From a virus: DNA of 64,000 nucleotides. The position numbers and the translations under genes are program-made. Shown here piece by piece: positions 6,436-15,125 of the stretch (its first letter is position 1; every line of letters begins with the position of its first letter). The DNA is taken from the IMG/VR virus record IMGVR_UViG_3300037501_000029. One strand, 5' to 3'. The notes under the pieces were generated by a model. The model saw nothing but the letters and a program-made list of their open reading frames with translations, made no database searches and was not told where the DNA came from.

Positions 6436-6860
6436 CGCTGGATCCTCCATCCCCACCATGATTGCATCAGACGGCGCATTTGGTTGCGCCTCATGAGCCG
6501 CCACTGGAGCCGATGAATCTCTTGGCCCATCTCGCGGATCTTCGGGTCTACAACTTCAAGGCCGAGAGGAGCCACCGCAGTCTTGAGTGCTTCAGCGAGA
6601 CGTGGAACCTCATATCGGCCTGGCTTGTTTTTCTTCTCACGGCGCTTTCCTTCTGTAGCCTCGGTTTTGGTCAACCCGAGCATTTTTCGCAGATCCGTGA
6701 GGCTGTTCCGGCTCGCCATGCAATCCGATGTAGTTTTGGCTGTTGTGAAGGTGCGGCCATCGGGGAATGTCCAGACATTGTGACGCTTGGTTCGACAAAG
6801 GACTGCTCCATGTTCGGTAAGTAATCGCTCAACTTCAGTTGCCCATCGGTCATCGCTCAT
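6387..6860 (-). CDS. hypothetical protein, 157 aa
   Basis: Track ORF 6387-6962 trimmed to MSDDRWATEVERLL... (ATGA overlap with the upstream stop). The N-terminal about 60 aa loosely resemble the HicA/YcfA-like pattern (LL.EHG..L.RTKRH..W.FPDGR....), but this is too weak to call. The Trp/Arg-rich tail is odd. Confidence 0.4.
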   Translation of the reverse strand: MSDDRWATEVERLLTEHGAVLCRTKRHNVWTFPDGRTFTTAKTTSDCMASRNSLTDLRKMLGLTKTEATEGKRREKKNKPGRYEVPRLAEALKTAVAPLGLEVVDPKIREMGQEIHRLQWRLMRRNQMRRLMQSWWGWRIQRWIHYRIRLGRMAFRK

Positions 6861-7084
6861 ACTGGCAGACCCTCCACCCTCGCTGCGTACCCGCAGGCGC
6901 ATCCCACTCGCCCGTCCCTGACCGTCAGCGTCGACGAGCACAGCGGGCAGATCACCTGCCACGTGTCCGGATGCCGCTCAGCGTAGAGCCGCGCCCAGAC
7001 GTACTGACAACCCGCATACTTCACTGGGTCGGACAGGAACAGCCGGGCCATCTCCGCGTTGTCGAATGCGTAGTCACGAAGCAT
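6857..7084 (-). CDS. small Cys-containing (zinc-ribbon-like) protein, 75 aa
   Basis: Track ORF 6857-7132 trimmed to MLRDYAFDNAEMARLF.... Contains CPLCSS...CACG. Overlaps the dnaB stop by 11 nt. Confidence 0.45.
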   Translation of the reverse strand: MLRDYAFDNAEMARLFLSDPVKYAGCQYVWARLYAERHPDTWQVICPLCSSTLTVRDGRVGCACGYAARVEGLPV

Positions 7085-8372
7085 GGCTAACCTCCTGAAA
7101 CCATCCACAATCCTTGCGCCAGACAAACTCAATCTCTACCTTGGAATCGCCCGCCCGCTGCTTGTCGATGAGGACCGACCATGGCAGAAGCTCTTGCGGG
7201 CTCGTGTGATAGGTCTGTTCACCCTTCAGCAGTAACGCCAAGTTCGCCGCGTGTTTGATCTCGGACGATCCGATGAAATCGGAACTTGAGCGTTCAGCCC
7301 CGAGGCTCTGCTTCGTGTACTGGCTCAGCGCCACGATGGGCAAAGCCAGTTCAGCCGCGGCGTTTTTGAGGCCGCGCACAATCGCCGTGATGCGTTCCCT
7401 GTCGGATGCCCCTTTCGCTTCCATCAGTTGCAGGTAGTCCACCACTACCAGATGAACTGGCCGCCGCATTCGCAGACGATTGACTGCCCCAATCAGCCGT
7501 GTCACCGTCAGGTTTGGCATATCCGCCAGCCAGATTTTCGCATCCAACAGGATGCCGCAGGCTTCCTCAATGCGTTCAATCTGCGCGGTATGCAACTCGC
7601 CGCAATGCCTGAACCAACGGGAGTTGAATCGGCCGGCCAATGCCAATTGCCGGTTTACCAGTTCATCGCGGCTCATCTCCAAACTGAACACCGCGACCCC
7701 ATAGCCGTTGACCCCGGCGTGTTGAACGATGTTGCCAGCGAACGCCGTCTTGCCCCCACCGGACTCCCCGCCGATGATAATTAGTTCACCGCTCCGCATC
7801 CCGCCCGTCGCTGTCTGAAGCCGCTGCCATGGGAAAGGGATCATGTCTGACTTGCGGCGTTCCACATAAGCGCCAAGTCCGCCGCAGGCATCAATGACAT
7901 CCACGATAGATGAGAACTCATTCTCAACAGCATCCATGGTCGAATCTTGCGCGAGTTTGCTCAGCATCCCGCTGATGTCCGCGAGTTCAACCGACTGGTC
8001 GGCTGCTAGTTGTTGAATCCGCTCCGCTTCTATGATGATGCGCCGCCTAAGTCCGGTCTCCCTCACCCGCTGAACGTAACTCGGCAGATTGGGAATCTCC
8101 GGGATTCCTTCCGTCAGGTTGACAAGGACGCTCGCATACTGCTGGAATTCCCCCTGCCTCTCCAACTCGGCGCCGAGTGTAGCCATGTCGATGCTGTCGC
8201 CCCGCCGTGCCAGGGTCTCCATCCGCCGCCAGAACGTCCGATGCGACTCAACGCTGAAGTCCGCAACGCTGAGCGAATCGGCGAATTCCTGCCAGCGGTC
8301 GCCCCGAAGCAACAGCGACCCGAGGACCATCCGCTCGGCGTAGACGTGTGATGGGAGTTCCTGCCGGATCAT
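7074..8372 (-). CDS. dnaB: replicative DNA helicase, DnaB family
   Basis: 432 aa. DnaB-type N-terminus (AERMVLGSLLL). Walker A IIIGGESGGGKTAFAGN. Walker B / H2 VVVDYLQLM. ALSQYTKQ motif. Confidence 0.9.
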   Translation of the reverse strand: MIRQELPSHVYAERMVLGSLLLRGDRWQEFADSLSVADFSVESHRTFWRRMETLARRGDSIDMATLGAELERQGEFQQYASVLVNLTEGIPEIPNLPSYVQRVRETGLRRRIIIEAERIQQLAADQSVELADISGMLSKLAQDSTMDAVENEFSSIVDVIDACGGLGAYVERRKSDMIPFPWQRLQTATGGMRSGELIIIGGESGGGKTAFAGNIVQHAGVNGYGVAVFSLEMSRDELVNRQLALAGRFNSRWFRHCGELHTAQIERIEEACGILLDAKIWLADMPNLTVTRLIGAVNRLRMRRPVHLVVVDYLQLMEAKGASDRERITAIVRGLKNAAAELALPIVALSQYTKQSLGAERSSSDFIGSSEIKHAANLALLLKGEQTYHTSPQELLPWSVLIDKQRAGDSKVEIEFVWRKDCGWFQEVSHAS

Positions 8373-9217
8373 AGTTTGAACGGATCCTCCAATTCCTCAA
8401 ACTTCCGATAACCTGATCGAGCCTGGAGCGGGTTGTAGTCGGGATCGTTGGTCCACTTCTTTTTGCTAAGCCATCTGCGTGGACTCCAGATAGGCGCTTC
8501 CTTGCCCCGCTCAGCCAAAAGGTTCAACAACCCAGGCAACTGCCGCTTCAATCCCTCTTCGGCCGCGGCCATTTCGTCCTCTGTCAGCCGTTGCCACTCC
8601 TCCCAAGCCTCCTGCTTGTCGATGTGCTTGGGGTAGCTTTCATAGAACGTCAAGAATCTTGCCGTCATAGGCAGACCGGTCCTCGATCTTCTGGCTGATT
8701 TCGCCCGATGGTGACCGTTGCTGTTTTCGCTGGGCGCATGAAGATCGAACGCCTGTCCCCCTTGGGGGACTATAGGGGGTTCTTCTTTAGAAGAAGAAGA
8801 AGAAAAAGAAGAGTTGCCATTTGGTTCAAACCGTTTTGATACCACCGTTGAAGGGTGGTTCGTGTTTGGTTGCCTTTTGGTTGATGCCCTGGTTGAACCA
8901 CTCTTCAACCCGCCAAGCCTTGACTTTTCTCTCCATTGCTCTTGTTTTCTACGTTCTACAAGCAGCCGGTCATTGTACAGACGCCCGTTTTCCTCTCTGA
9001 AGTTTCCCAGTATGGCATCCTTGTTGCGCCCCCAGTGTTTCCCCAACCTGGACATTTGTGAGAGCACTTTGTGGGACAAAGGAAGACCACAATCGGGTTC
9101 CAACCAAGCGTAAGCGAGTAGCCGGATATAGGCTCCTTCCTGGGCTGGAGTCATGCTGATGATGCTCGCGCTGGAGAGCCAATCGGCCGGGTAAAACTGA
9201 AAGGACGGGCTCTTCAT
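8369..9217 (-). CDS. DUF1376 (YdaU-like) phage replication-associated protein
   Basis: N-terminus FQFYPADWLSS...MTPAQEGAYIRLLAYAW is characteristic of DUF1376. ATGA overlap with the dnaB start, the usual initiator/loader position. Confidence 0.65.
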   Translation of the reverse strand: MKSPSFQFYPADWLSSASIISMTPAQEGAYIRLLAYAWLEPDCGLPLSHKVLSQMSRLGKHWGRNKDAILGNFREENGRLYNDRLLVERRKQEQWREKSRLGGLKSGSTRASTKRQPNTNHPSTVVSKRFEPNGNSSFSSSSSKEEPPIVPQGGQAFDLHAPSENSNGHHRAKSARRSRTGLPMTARFLTFYESYPKHIDKQEAWEEWQRLTEDEMAAAEEGLKRQLPGLLNLLAERGKEAPIWSPRRWLSKKKWTNDPDYNPLQARSGYRKFEELEDPFKL

Positions 9218-9336
9218 TCGTCAACCTCCCCGGCTGTAGGATTGACAGCCTGCTCATCCCTACCATCCCTATCTAGTTCAGAGAGAACTGCTTTTTCGTA
9301 GGCTTCTTCAATTGAGCGAAGCAGCCCCGGATTCAT
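9214..9336 (-). CDS. hypothetical protein, 40 aa
   Basis: Hand-translated (MNPGLLRSIEEAYEKAVLSELDRDGRDEQ...). ATGA overlaps at both ends link it into the operon. Below the track cutoff. Confidence 0.3.
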   Translation of the reverse strand: MNPGLLRSIEEAYEKAVLSELDRDGRDEQAVNPTAGEVDE

Positions 9337-9515
9337 CGCGCGGCCCTCCAGGCTCGCTTGAGGATGGAGAGGAGCTCTTCAATGAGAATCCAGATCAGTG
9401 CCTTCTGGCTTGCCGGGTCGTGAGGAGTCCCGTCGATGAGCACAAGGCAGTGGGCGAGACGAATGCGGATGTAGTCGGATTCCGCCGTTGCGGATTGGTC
9501 TTCAGGCTGTGCCAT
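9333..9515 (-). CDS. hypothetical protein, 60 aa
   Basis: Track ORF 9333-9581 trimmed to MAQPEDQSATAESDYIRIRLAHCLVLIDG.... Confidence 0.4.
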   Translation of the reverse strand: MAQPEDQSATAESDYIRIRLAHCLVLIDGTPHDPASQKALIWILIEELLSILKRAWRAAR

Positions 9516-9666
9516 CTTTACGCTCCTTACTCGCGTTGCCGGCGGCGGGAGGAGTAAGGCCCCCCGCCGTGGTTCCGGCATTCAGTGGCCTGCGCGGAGA
9601 TCAACCCGCCCAGGTAGTTTCACCAACATTTAGATCCTACCGTGTAGTGGCTGTAATGTGGAAGCA

Positions 9667-10065
9667 TCATGGCCCCTTCCCTTCCAGCGCGTCGCTGGGC
9701 GTTTTGTCGAGCTTCCGAAGCTCCGCAATCCTGTCTCGCAGAATGTCATGATATTCTGCAATATCTGGCGTCAATTGCCACTGGTTCTTTTGGTAGTTCG
9801 TAAACTCTTCCTTGTATCTCTTCACGCTAAGAGCAAGCAGACTACGAATACGCGACATCGGCCATTCAGGGATGCTAAGCCCCATATGTACTTTTCTTGC
9901 GATTTTTGCTACTTCGATAGCTTCCAAAAGCCTGGCTTTCGGCGATCTATGGCGATCACTGAATAAAACCCGCCGCAATAGATTTTGCGCGTGCGTGCTC
10001 GTAATGCTGGTGCTTGTCAAAACGGTACGGCGGCGTCGGCGCAGATATTGCTCTAGGCTATCCAT
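9667..10065 (-). CDS. hypothetical protein, 132 aa
   Basis: Track ORF. GGAGGAATA RBS directly before the ATG at 10065. Visibly lower GC than the flanks. Confidence 0.5.
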   Translation of the reverse strand: MDSLEQYLRRRRRTVLTSTSITSTHAQNLLRRVLFSDRHRSPKARLLEAIEVAKIARKVHMGLSIPEWPMSRIRSLLALSVKRYKEEFTNYQKNQWQLTPDIAEYHDILRDRIAELRKLDKTPSDALEGKGP

Positions 10066-10110
10066 TATTCCTCCGCTTTCTCCAGCCTTCCTTGGCCGCG
10101 CGGCTGCGCC

Positions 10111-10548
10111 TCAAGTGCTCCGCGCCCGTGCCGGCCTCCGGGCCGATGTAGTGATTCGCTCCGCGGTAGCGGGACCGGTTGGCATTGCCCGCGGCGTCAT
10201 GTCAGTTCCGTCGGCGTGGATGCCGTAGCGTAGCTCTATTGCCTCCATATAATCGCGTATGGCTTCCTGCCTAGCTGCGACGATGTCCTGAGATCGGATG
10301 TGGCTGCGCTGGCGGCACATGGTGGCGGTGCCGATGGCGAGGATATCGGATAGGAGTTCGCGGGCGGTCATGGTTTCCAGTGCTCCGCTTGGTCCTGTAA
10401 ATCCAGGGTATGTCCACCCGCCAAACGCTGCTCTGACGCCTGTGATCCTCCCTTGTGCGAATGGTCGGCCAATGGAGATCGCCATTGTGCGATGTCGTTC
10501 GCCAATGTCCGGCATCCACCGATATTGGTGCAAACAATGCGAGTGCAA
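10111..10548 (-). CDS. hypothetical protein (start uncertain)
   Basis: Track ORF filling the gap between the C5-MTase and ORF 9667-10065. No domain recognised. The C-terminal tail composition looks poor. Confidence 0.35.
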   Translation of the reverse strand: MHSHCLHQYRWMPDIGERHRTMAISIGRPFAQGRITGVRAAFGGWTYPGFTGPSGALETMTARELLSDILAIGTATMCRQRSHIRSQDIVAARQEAIRDYMEAIELRYGIHADGTDMTPRAMPTGPATAERITTSARRPARARST

Positions 10549-10585
10549 TCCTTCGCGTCAAAATCCGAAGGCGTACTCCAATTAC

Positions 10586-11593
10586 TCATCTGCCCCCCCC
10601 CCACTTGATCCCTGCCCGTTGAGCAAGGACCATAAGCGCAACCGCTGCCTGAAGAGCCACGACGCCATTGCCCCCGGCTCTAAGGCGATCCGCGCGTCCG
10701 TCCAGCCCGGAGGCCATCCCATCAGCCAATCGACGAACCAGGGATTCAGCTTCTTCCTCGCCGATGGCTGGCGCGAGCCATGGGAAGCGGGCGAGGATGT
10801 CTCTCCAGGCGACTGCGTCGGACGGTCCTGGAGGGAAGAGAGGTATACCGCTACTTCGTTCAGTGGTCGCGCATTGCTCTCCATCGTTTTCTTGCTCGCC
10901 CGGCCGTCCTTCCAATCGCGCGCTGTTGGCGTCGACCAGTCCGGCGCCATCCAGAATCGGGTCTGCTGATCCAGCCCCATCTCGTCTTTCCGTTCCCCGC
11001 CGCGGCTCCGGAAGGAATCCGTCGCCGGGGTCTGCCATTCCGCGGTAGGCCAGGATAAAGATCCTGTTCCGCTGGTGGGGGGCTCCCACATCGGACGCTC
11101 GTAAAGTGAGCCATTCCGCATCGTACCCGAGGACGGAAAGGTCTCCAAGAACAAACCAGAGCCCCGCTGGTAAGACCCATTCGTTGCCTTCGTCTCCGTG
11201 GGGAATAAGGATGCCTGGGACGTTCTCCAACAGGCAGCATCGGGGTCGTATGTCGCCAATGGCGCGGGCAACGTGGTCCCACACCTGCCCGTGCTTGCCG
11301 AATCGCCCGGCGCGTTTGCCGGCGACGGAGTAGTCAGGGCAGGGGAATCCTGCCGTAAGCCAGATGTCAGCCATGCCTCGAAAGCGGCTGCCATCGAAGG
11401 TGGCGAGATCAGACCAAATTGGAGCTTCTTCCAACGACCCGTCTGCGAAGCGCGAAGCAAGAATTTCGGCTGCGGTGATTTCCCTCTCAACGTAACAGAT
11501 TGGGCGAGTTCCGCCCAGGGCCAGTTCGACTCCGAGATCGAGTCCGCCGACTCCCGAGCAAAGGCTGATGGTATATAGAGCCACACTACTCAA
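10586..11593 (-). CDS. dcm: DNA (cytosine-5)-methyltransferase
   Basis: Motif I SLCSGVGGLDLG. Motif IV GFPCPDYS. Motif VI ENVPG. Motif VIII QRNRIF. Motif X GGNGV. 335 aa. Confidence 0.9.
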   Translation of the reverse strand: MSSVALYTISLCSGVGGLDLGVELALGGTRPICYVEREITAAEILASRFADGSLEEAPIWSDLATFDGSRFRGMADIWLTAGFPCPDYSVAGKRAGRFGKHGQVWDHVARAIGDIRPRCCLLENVPGILIPHGDEGNEWVLPAGLWFVLGDLSVLGYDAEWLTLRASDVGAPHQRNRIFILAYRGMADPGDGFLPEPRRGTERRDGAGSADPILDGAGLVDANSARLEGRPGEQENDGEQCATTERSSGIPLFPPGPSDAVAWRDILARFPWLAPAIGEEEAESLVRRLADGMASGLDGRADRLRAGGNGVVALQAAVALMVLAQRAGIKWGGGR

Positions 11594-11996
11594 CCTCCTG
11601 CGCCTCGATCATCACGTAAGGTATGCCGCGCTCGTCCATTGGCGTGCCGACGTAGACCTTAATCGTTTCCCCCTCGACAACCTGGCTGTCATCCAGATAG
11701 AGCCCCCCGGTCTTGAGCCCGTCGCAGACGGCCCGGAGCAGCTTGTCACGGTCTGGCTTTTTGATGTGGTGGACGATCTTCTTCGGCAGCGACTTCGGCC
11801 GCGGCAGGACAAACAGCACGTCCAGGCGCACAGCACCGGTCATGGCTTCCGCCTTGTACTGCTCACGGACGGCCCAGGCGACGGAATCGCGGAATGGTTT
11901 TGTGCGCTTGCAGGACTCGACCATGATGCCGCGCCCGACGTGGCGCTTCGAGCCCTGCGGCGCGGCCGTGCCGAGGACAAGAATCTGATAAATCAC
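11586..11996 (-). CDS. rusA: RusA-family Holliday-junction resolvase
   Basis: 136 aa, GTG start. Characteristic KPDRDKLLRAVCDGL...LYLDDSQVV acidic catalytic pattern. Confidence 0.8.
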   Translation of the reverse strand: MIYQILVLGTAAPQGSKRHVGRGIMVESCKRTKPFRDSVAWAVREQYKAEAMTGAVRLDVLFVLPRPKSLPKKIVHHIKKPDRDKLLRAVCDGLKTGGLYLDDSQVVEGETIKVYVGTPMDERGIPYVMIEAQEVE

Positions 11997-12145
11997 TCGA
12001 CTACCTCCAAATCATTTGCCCAATGCATCTTTGTCACGCGCCGCCACTTGACCCAGACGAGCTTGCCGTCCATACTGATGCCGACCACACGGCCGGTGCC
12101 GCGGATCGAGCCGTCGCGCATGCGGACCTGGGCGTGGATGGTCAT
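11993..12145 (-). CDS. hypothetical protein, 50 aa
   Basis: Hand-translated (MTIHAQVRMRDGSIRGTGRVVGISMDGKLVWVKWRRVTKMHW...). ATGA overlap with the stop of the SNF2-MTase gene and GTGA overlap with the rusA start. Confidence 0.45.
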   Translation of the reverse strand: MTIHAQVRMRDGSIRGTGRVVGISMDGKLVWVKWRRVTKMHWANDLEVVE

Positions 12146-14364
12146 GCGCTCTCCGTAAACAAGTCGCCTTGTGCATTCGCCATCGTTGCCGCATAGCGAA
12201 GGTTCTCAACCGCCTGTTCCCAATACGACCGCTTCAACTCGACTCCAATGAATCGTCTGCCTTGCTTCAACGCCTCATACCCTTCACTCCCGATGCCCAT
12301 GAAGGGAGAAAGCACGAGATCATCGGCATTCGTCCACAAGCGGATCGCGCGTTCAATGACTTCGAGTTGTAATGGACAGATGTGACGCTCGTCCTCATTC
12401 TCGCGGGCTTCCTCGCGGGCGAGCGTCTTGGATGGATTGATGTCCATCCAGACTGGGGATGCGTACTTCTGCCAAAGCTCGACAGGAAAATCTTCCGACT
12501 GCTTGGTCACTGGCATGAGATTGACGCCGGGTTTACGCATCGTCACGAGATAATCTGGAATGCCCTGCCTACTCAAGACGGAATCCTTGCGAAGTTGCTT
12601 GTAGAGCAGGCCGATTGCCTTCGTACGCTGCATGGCCGTCACTGGGTCCTTCCAGATGCAAACCTCGGAATGGAAGATGAACCCAGCCCGCTCGAAAATG
12701 CGGATCAGTTCACCGCGAAAATCGCGCAAGCCGATCACGCCGTCACGCTCCTTCAAAAGTGGAATCTGAAAGCAGTGGAAACTCAGCAGCCGCCCCGCAC
12801 GGAGAACCCTGAACAGCTCAGGCACTAGGTAATCGAAGTGCTTGGAAAACTCCTCATAGTCCTTTGCGTTGCCCATGTCTCGGTCGCTGTTGGAATACGT
12901 GTAAAGACTGGCAAACGGCGGGCTGAATATGCTGTAATCGATGGATTCTGATGCCATCGCAGATACCTCTTCAATACAATCTCCGAGGATCGCAGTCCAG
13001 CCATTCTCAGAAATCTGATCCGTCTGATATTTCAGCTTTTCCGGGGCAGTCCCGCGAACGTCTCGCTGCATCTCTTCTTTCATATGGCTGACCATCCCTT
13101 CCATGAGCGCCATCGCTTGTTGTTCCTTCCGTTCGATGTTGCGGACTACGGCTCCCTCAGCGGCCGAAGTAATGACGTAGCAGTGAACCTGCCGCGTCTG
13201 CCCAAATCGCCAGCACCGGCGGATCGCCTGATAGAACTGCTCATAAGAATCCGACAAGCCAACGAATGCCACTCGATTACAGTGCTGCCAGTTCATCCCA
13301 AAGCCTGCGATTGACGGCTTGCTTACAAGAACTCGAAACTCACCCCTTGCAAAACCGTTTAGCATCTTCTCTTTGTAGTCGGCATCGTGCGAACCCTGAA
13401 CCTCAATGGCGTCCGGAATTGCGGCAGTCAGTGCTTCTGACTCAGCATTTAAGTCGCACCAGACAATCCATGGATCACGGATGCTGTTGACCAGATCCGC
13501 ACAGGCCTGAACGCGCTTAGCGAGACTTGCTCGCCGCGCAGATCGGCGCTCATCAAGTGTTCGTGCCTCAGTCGGGAACAGGGTCCCATACAGGTTGCTG
13601 TCACAGTCTACTGTTACCTGCTCCATGGTCAAAGGGGGAAGCGTGAACCGATCATCGTCATACCCGATATCACGAGGAGACCGAATTGCGATAGCCCAAG
13701 AGCAAACCCACTTCCAAAACTCCTGTTCAGCATGGCGCTTCAGTCTCCACTTGGATGTATCGCCTCCATCATGGACGAAGAACATTGACAACATCTCGGT
13801 CAGCGTCATGATGCCTAGAAACTCAGCGTGATTGCCAAGCTCCATGTAGTCATTGGGGGCAGGGGTCGCTGTGCAACAAAGGCGATATGGGATAACTGAG
13901 GCGAACTCGGTTAGGGCCTTGCGGGTTTTGCCGTCGAAGCCCTTCAGGATGCTTGACTCGTCGAGTACAATCCCGCCATACTCCTGCTCGTGTCCGATGA
14001 ACTTGTGAAGGCGCTCATAGTTGGTGATGTTGATGCCATCCACTATCTCGGAAGCATCGCGAATATGAGTAACGGGGATGCCGAATTTGACTCCCTCTGA
14101 GACAGTCTGCCCACTCACTGCGAGGGGAGCGAAGATCAAAACTGGCTTCGCCGTGAAATCATGAACTGATCGTGACCAGTCGAGTTGTTGCTCCGTCTTG
14201 CCGAGCCCGCAGTCCTCAAACAACGCAGCCCGTCCCTTTCGGACAGCCCATCGCGTGATGTCGCGCTGGAACGGCATCGCCATCGGGCAAAGTTGTTGCG
14301 GATCAAATCCTACCGGCTCAAAGCGAACAGCCTTAGATGACAGAAATTCGCTGTAGCTCTGCAC
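12142..14364 (-). CDS. SNF2-family helicase fused to a beta-class N6-adenine/N4-cytosine DNA methyltransferase
   Basis: 740 aa. N-terminal half has helicase motifs (CGLGKTEQ, VLDESSILK, QAIRRCWRFGQ). C-terminal half has N6_N4_Mtase motifs in beta order (IFSPPF, then HICPLQ...VLSPFMGIGSEGYEALKQGRRFIGVEL). Confidence 0.85.
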   Translation of the reverse strand: MQSYSEFLSSKAVRFEPVGFDPQQLCPMAMPFQRDITRWAVRKGRAALFEDCGLGKTEQQLDWSRSVHDFTAKPVLIFAPLAVSGQTVSEGVKFGIPVTHIRDASEIVDGINITNYERLHKFIGHEQEYGGIVLDESSILKGFDGKTRKALTEFASVIPYRLCCTATPAPNDYMELGNHAEFLGIMTLTEMLSMFFVHDGGDTSKWRLKRHAEQEFWKWVCSWAIAIRSPRDIGYDDDRFTLPPLTMEQVTVDCDSNLYGTLFPTEARTLDERRSARRASLAKRVQACADLVNSIRDPWIVWCDLNAESEALTAAIPDAIEVQGSHDADYKEKMLNGFARGEFRVLVSKPSIAGFGMNWQHCNRVAFVGLSDSYEQFYQAIRRCWRFGQTRQVHCYVITSAAEGAVVRNIERKEQQAMALMEGMVSHMKEEMQRDVRGTAPEKLKYQTDQISENGWTAILGDCIEEVSAMASESIDYSIFSPPFASLYTYSNSDRDMGNAKDYEEFSKHFDYLVPELFRVLRAGRLLSFHCFQIPLLKERDGVIGLRDFRGELIRIFERAGFIFHSEVCIWKDPVTAMQRTKAIGLLYKQLRKDSVLSRQGIPDYLVTMRKPGVNLMPVTKQSEDFPVELWQKYASPVWMDINPSKTLAREEARENEDERHICPLQLEVIERAIRLWTNADDLVLSPFMGIGSEGYEALKQGRRFIGVELKRSYWEQAVENLRYAATMANAQGDLFTESA

Positions 14365-14554
14365 GAATCAAAACCTCCTCTATCAGCCAATCCCACAGCC
14401 CCAACCATGCTGCGTAAGTACCGCCATCCTTCGGCGCGACCGTACCGGGCGGCGGCGGGTTGCCGTGCTCGCGGATGTACCGCCTGCAGCGGCGCTGCTC
14501 CCTGATGCACCTGGCGATGGCGCGGCGGTCAGTCGGCGATTGTTCTGTTCGCAT
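14333..14554 (-). CDS. hypothetical protein, 73 aa
   Basis: Track ORF. Overlaps the start of the helicase gene by about 32 nt, so the boundary is uncertain. Confidence 0.35.
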   Translation of the reverse strand: MRTEQSPTDRRAIARCIREQRRCRRYIREHGNPPPPGTVAPKDGGTYAAWLGLWDWLIEEVLIRAELQRISVI

Positions 14555-14735
14555 TCGCCGCTCCTGCTGCCGACCATGTGATCGGCTCCATTAACTTCAA
14601 TCCCCGGTTGATGTATTCCTCACGCGAGGACAACGCTTTGAGCGTGAGCGGCAGGGACTCCCACTGCTCAATCCAGTACCGCTCGCGGCGATCCATTTCG
14701 GCGAGAATCCAGTCCGGAGGGTCAATCGGCGGCAT
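14529..14735 (-). CDS. hypothetical protein, 68 aa
   Basis: Track ORF in the operon tiling (MPPIDPPDWILAEMDRRERYWIEQW...). Confidence 0.45.
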   Translation of the reverse strand: MPPIDPPDWILAEMDRRERYWIEQWESLPLTLKALSSREEYINRGLKLMEPITWSAAGAANANRTIAD

Positions 14736-14964
14736 GGATCACCTCGGCTTTCTCTGCCCACTTGCGCCACTGCTGAATTGACGGACTCTTCCATGCGCGG
14801 TAACCGCTCGGTTCAAACTTGCAGGCGATCAGTACCCATCCCTGGATAAAGTACCCGCCACGGTTATGCTTGGGATGGAACTCGTCTACGTATCGGTTCT
14901 CCTTCCCCTTCTTCAGCCAGTCCCCCGGCCTCGGGTCAACCCTCGGGTCTCGCTTGTCGCTCAT
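14722..14964 (-). CDS. hypothetical protein, 80 aa
   Basis: Track ORF 14722-14988 trimmed to MSDKRDPRVDPRPGDWLKKG.... ATGA overlap with the upstream small ORF. Confidence 0.45.
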   Translation of the reverse strand: MSDKRDPRVDPRPGDWLKKGKENRYVDEFHPKHNRGGYFIQGWVLIACKFEPSGYRAWKSPSIQQWRKWAEKAEVIHAAD

Positions 14965-15125
14965 CTCTGCTCCTTTCGCAGCGGGCACCAGCGCGGCGCT
15001 GTCTTGATCCGCTCGTTGATGATGCGCCCCACCACGCAGCAGACGTTGCGTACCCGCTCCGGTTTATAGAGTATAAAAACGTCTCTGTTTTGGCAGGACT
15101 TACACGTTATAGCCCGAGATCCCAT
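14961..15125 (-). CDS. small Cys-rich (zinc-ribbon-like) protein, 54 aa
   Basis: Track ORF 14961-15215 trimmed to MGSRAITCKSCQNRDVFILYKPERVRNVCCVVG...RWCPL. The stop overlaps the next start (ATGA). Confidence 0.4.
   Translation of the reverse strand: MGSRAITCKSCQNRDVFILYKPERVRNVCCVVGRIINERIKTAPRWCPLRKEQR

Noticed and set aside
6387-6860. Possible HicA-type toxin (N-terminal LLTEHGAVLCRTKRHNVWTFPDGR pattern), and a possible programmed frameshift because ORFs 6387-6860 and 6223-6504 overlap by 50-118 nt.
   Set aside because: The HicA resemblance is loose, the ORF is much longer than HicA, and no HicB-like partner is evident. I saw no slippery heptamer in the overlap. Alternative internal starts with good RBSs (6435, 6232) explain most of the tiling.
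8821-8835. GGTTCAAACC T-loop-like string checked as a possible tRNA.
   Set aside because: It lies inside the well-supported DUF1376 coding region, and no acceptor, D or anticodon stems can be drawn around it. No other tRNA-like cloverleaf with a canonical T-loop was found in the intergenic regions.
10582-11586. 334-aa minus-strand ORF overlapping the C5-methyltransferase gene in another frame.
   Set aside because: The 10586-11593 frame contains all the canonical C5-MTase motifs. The alternative frame is Pro/Ser/Ala/Trp-rich with no motifs, a typical shadow ORF of GC-rich DNA.
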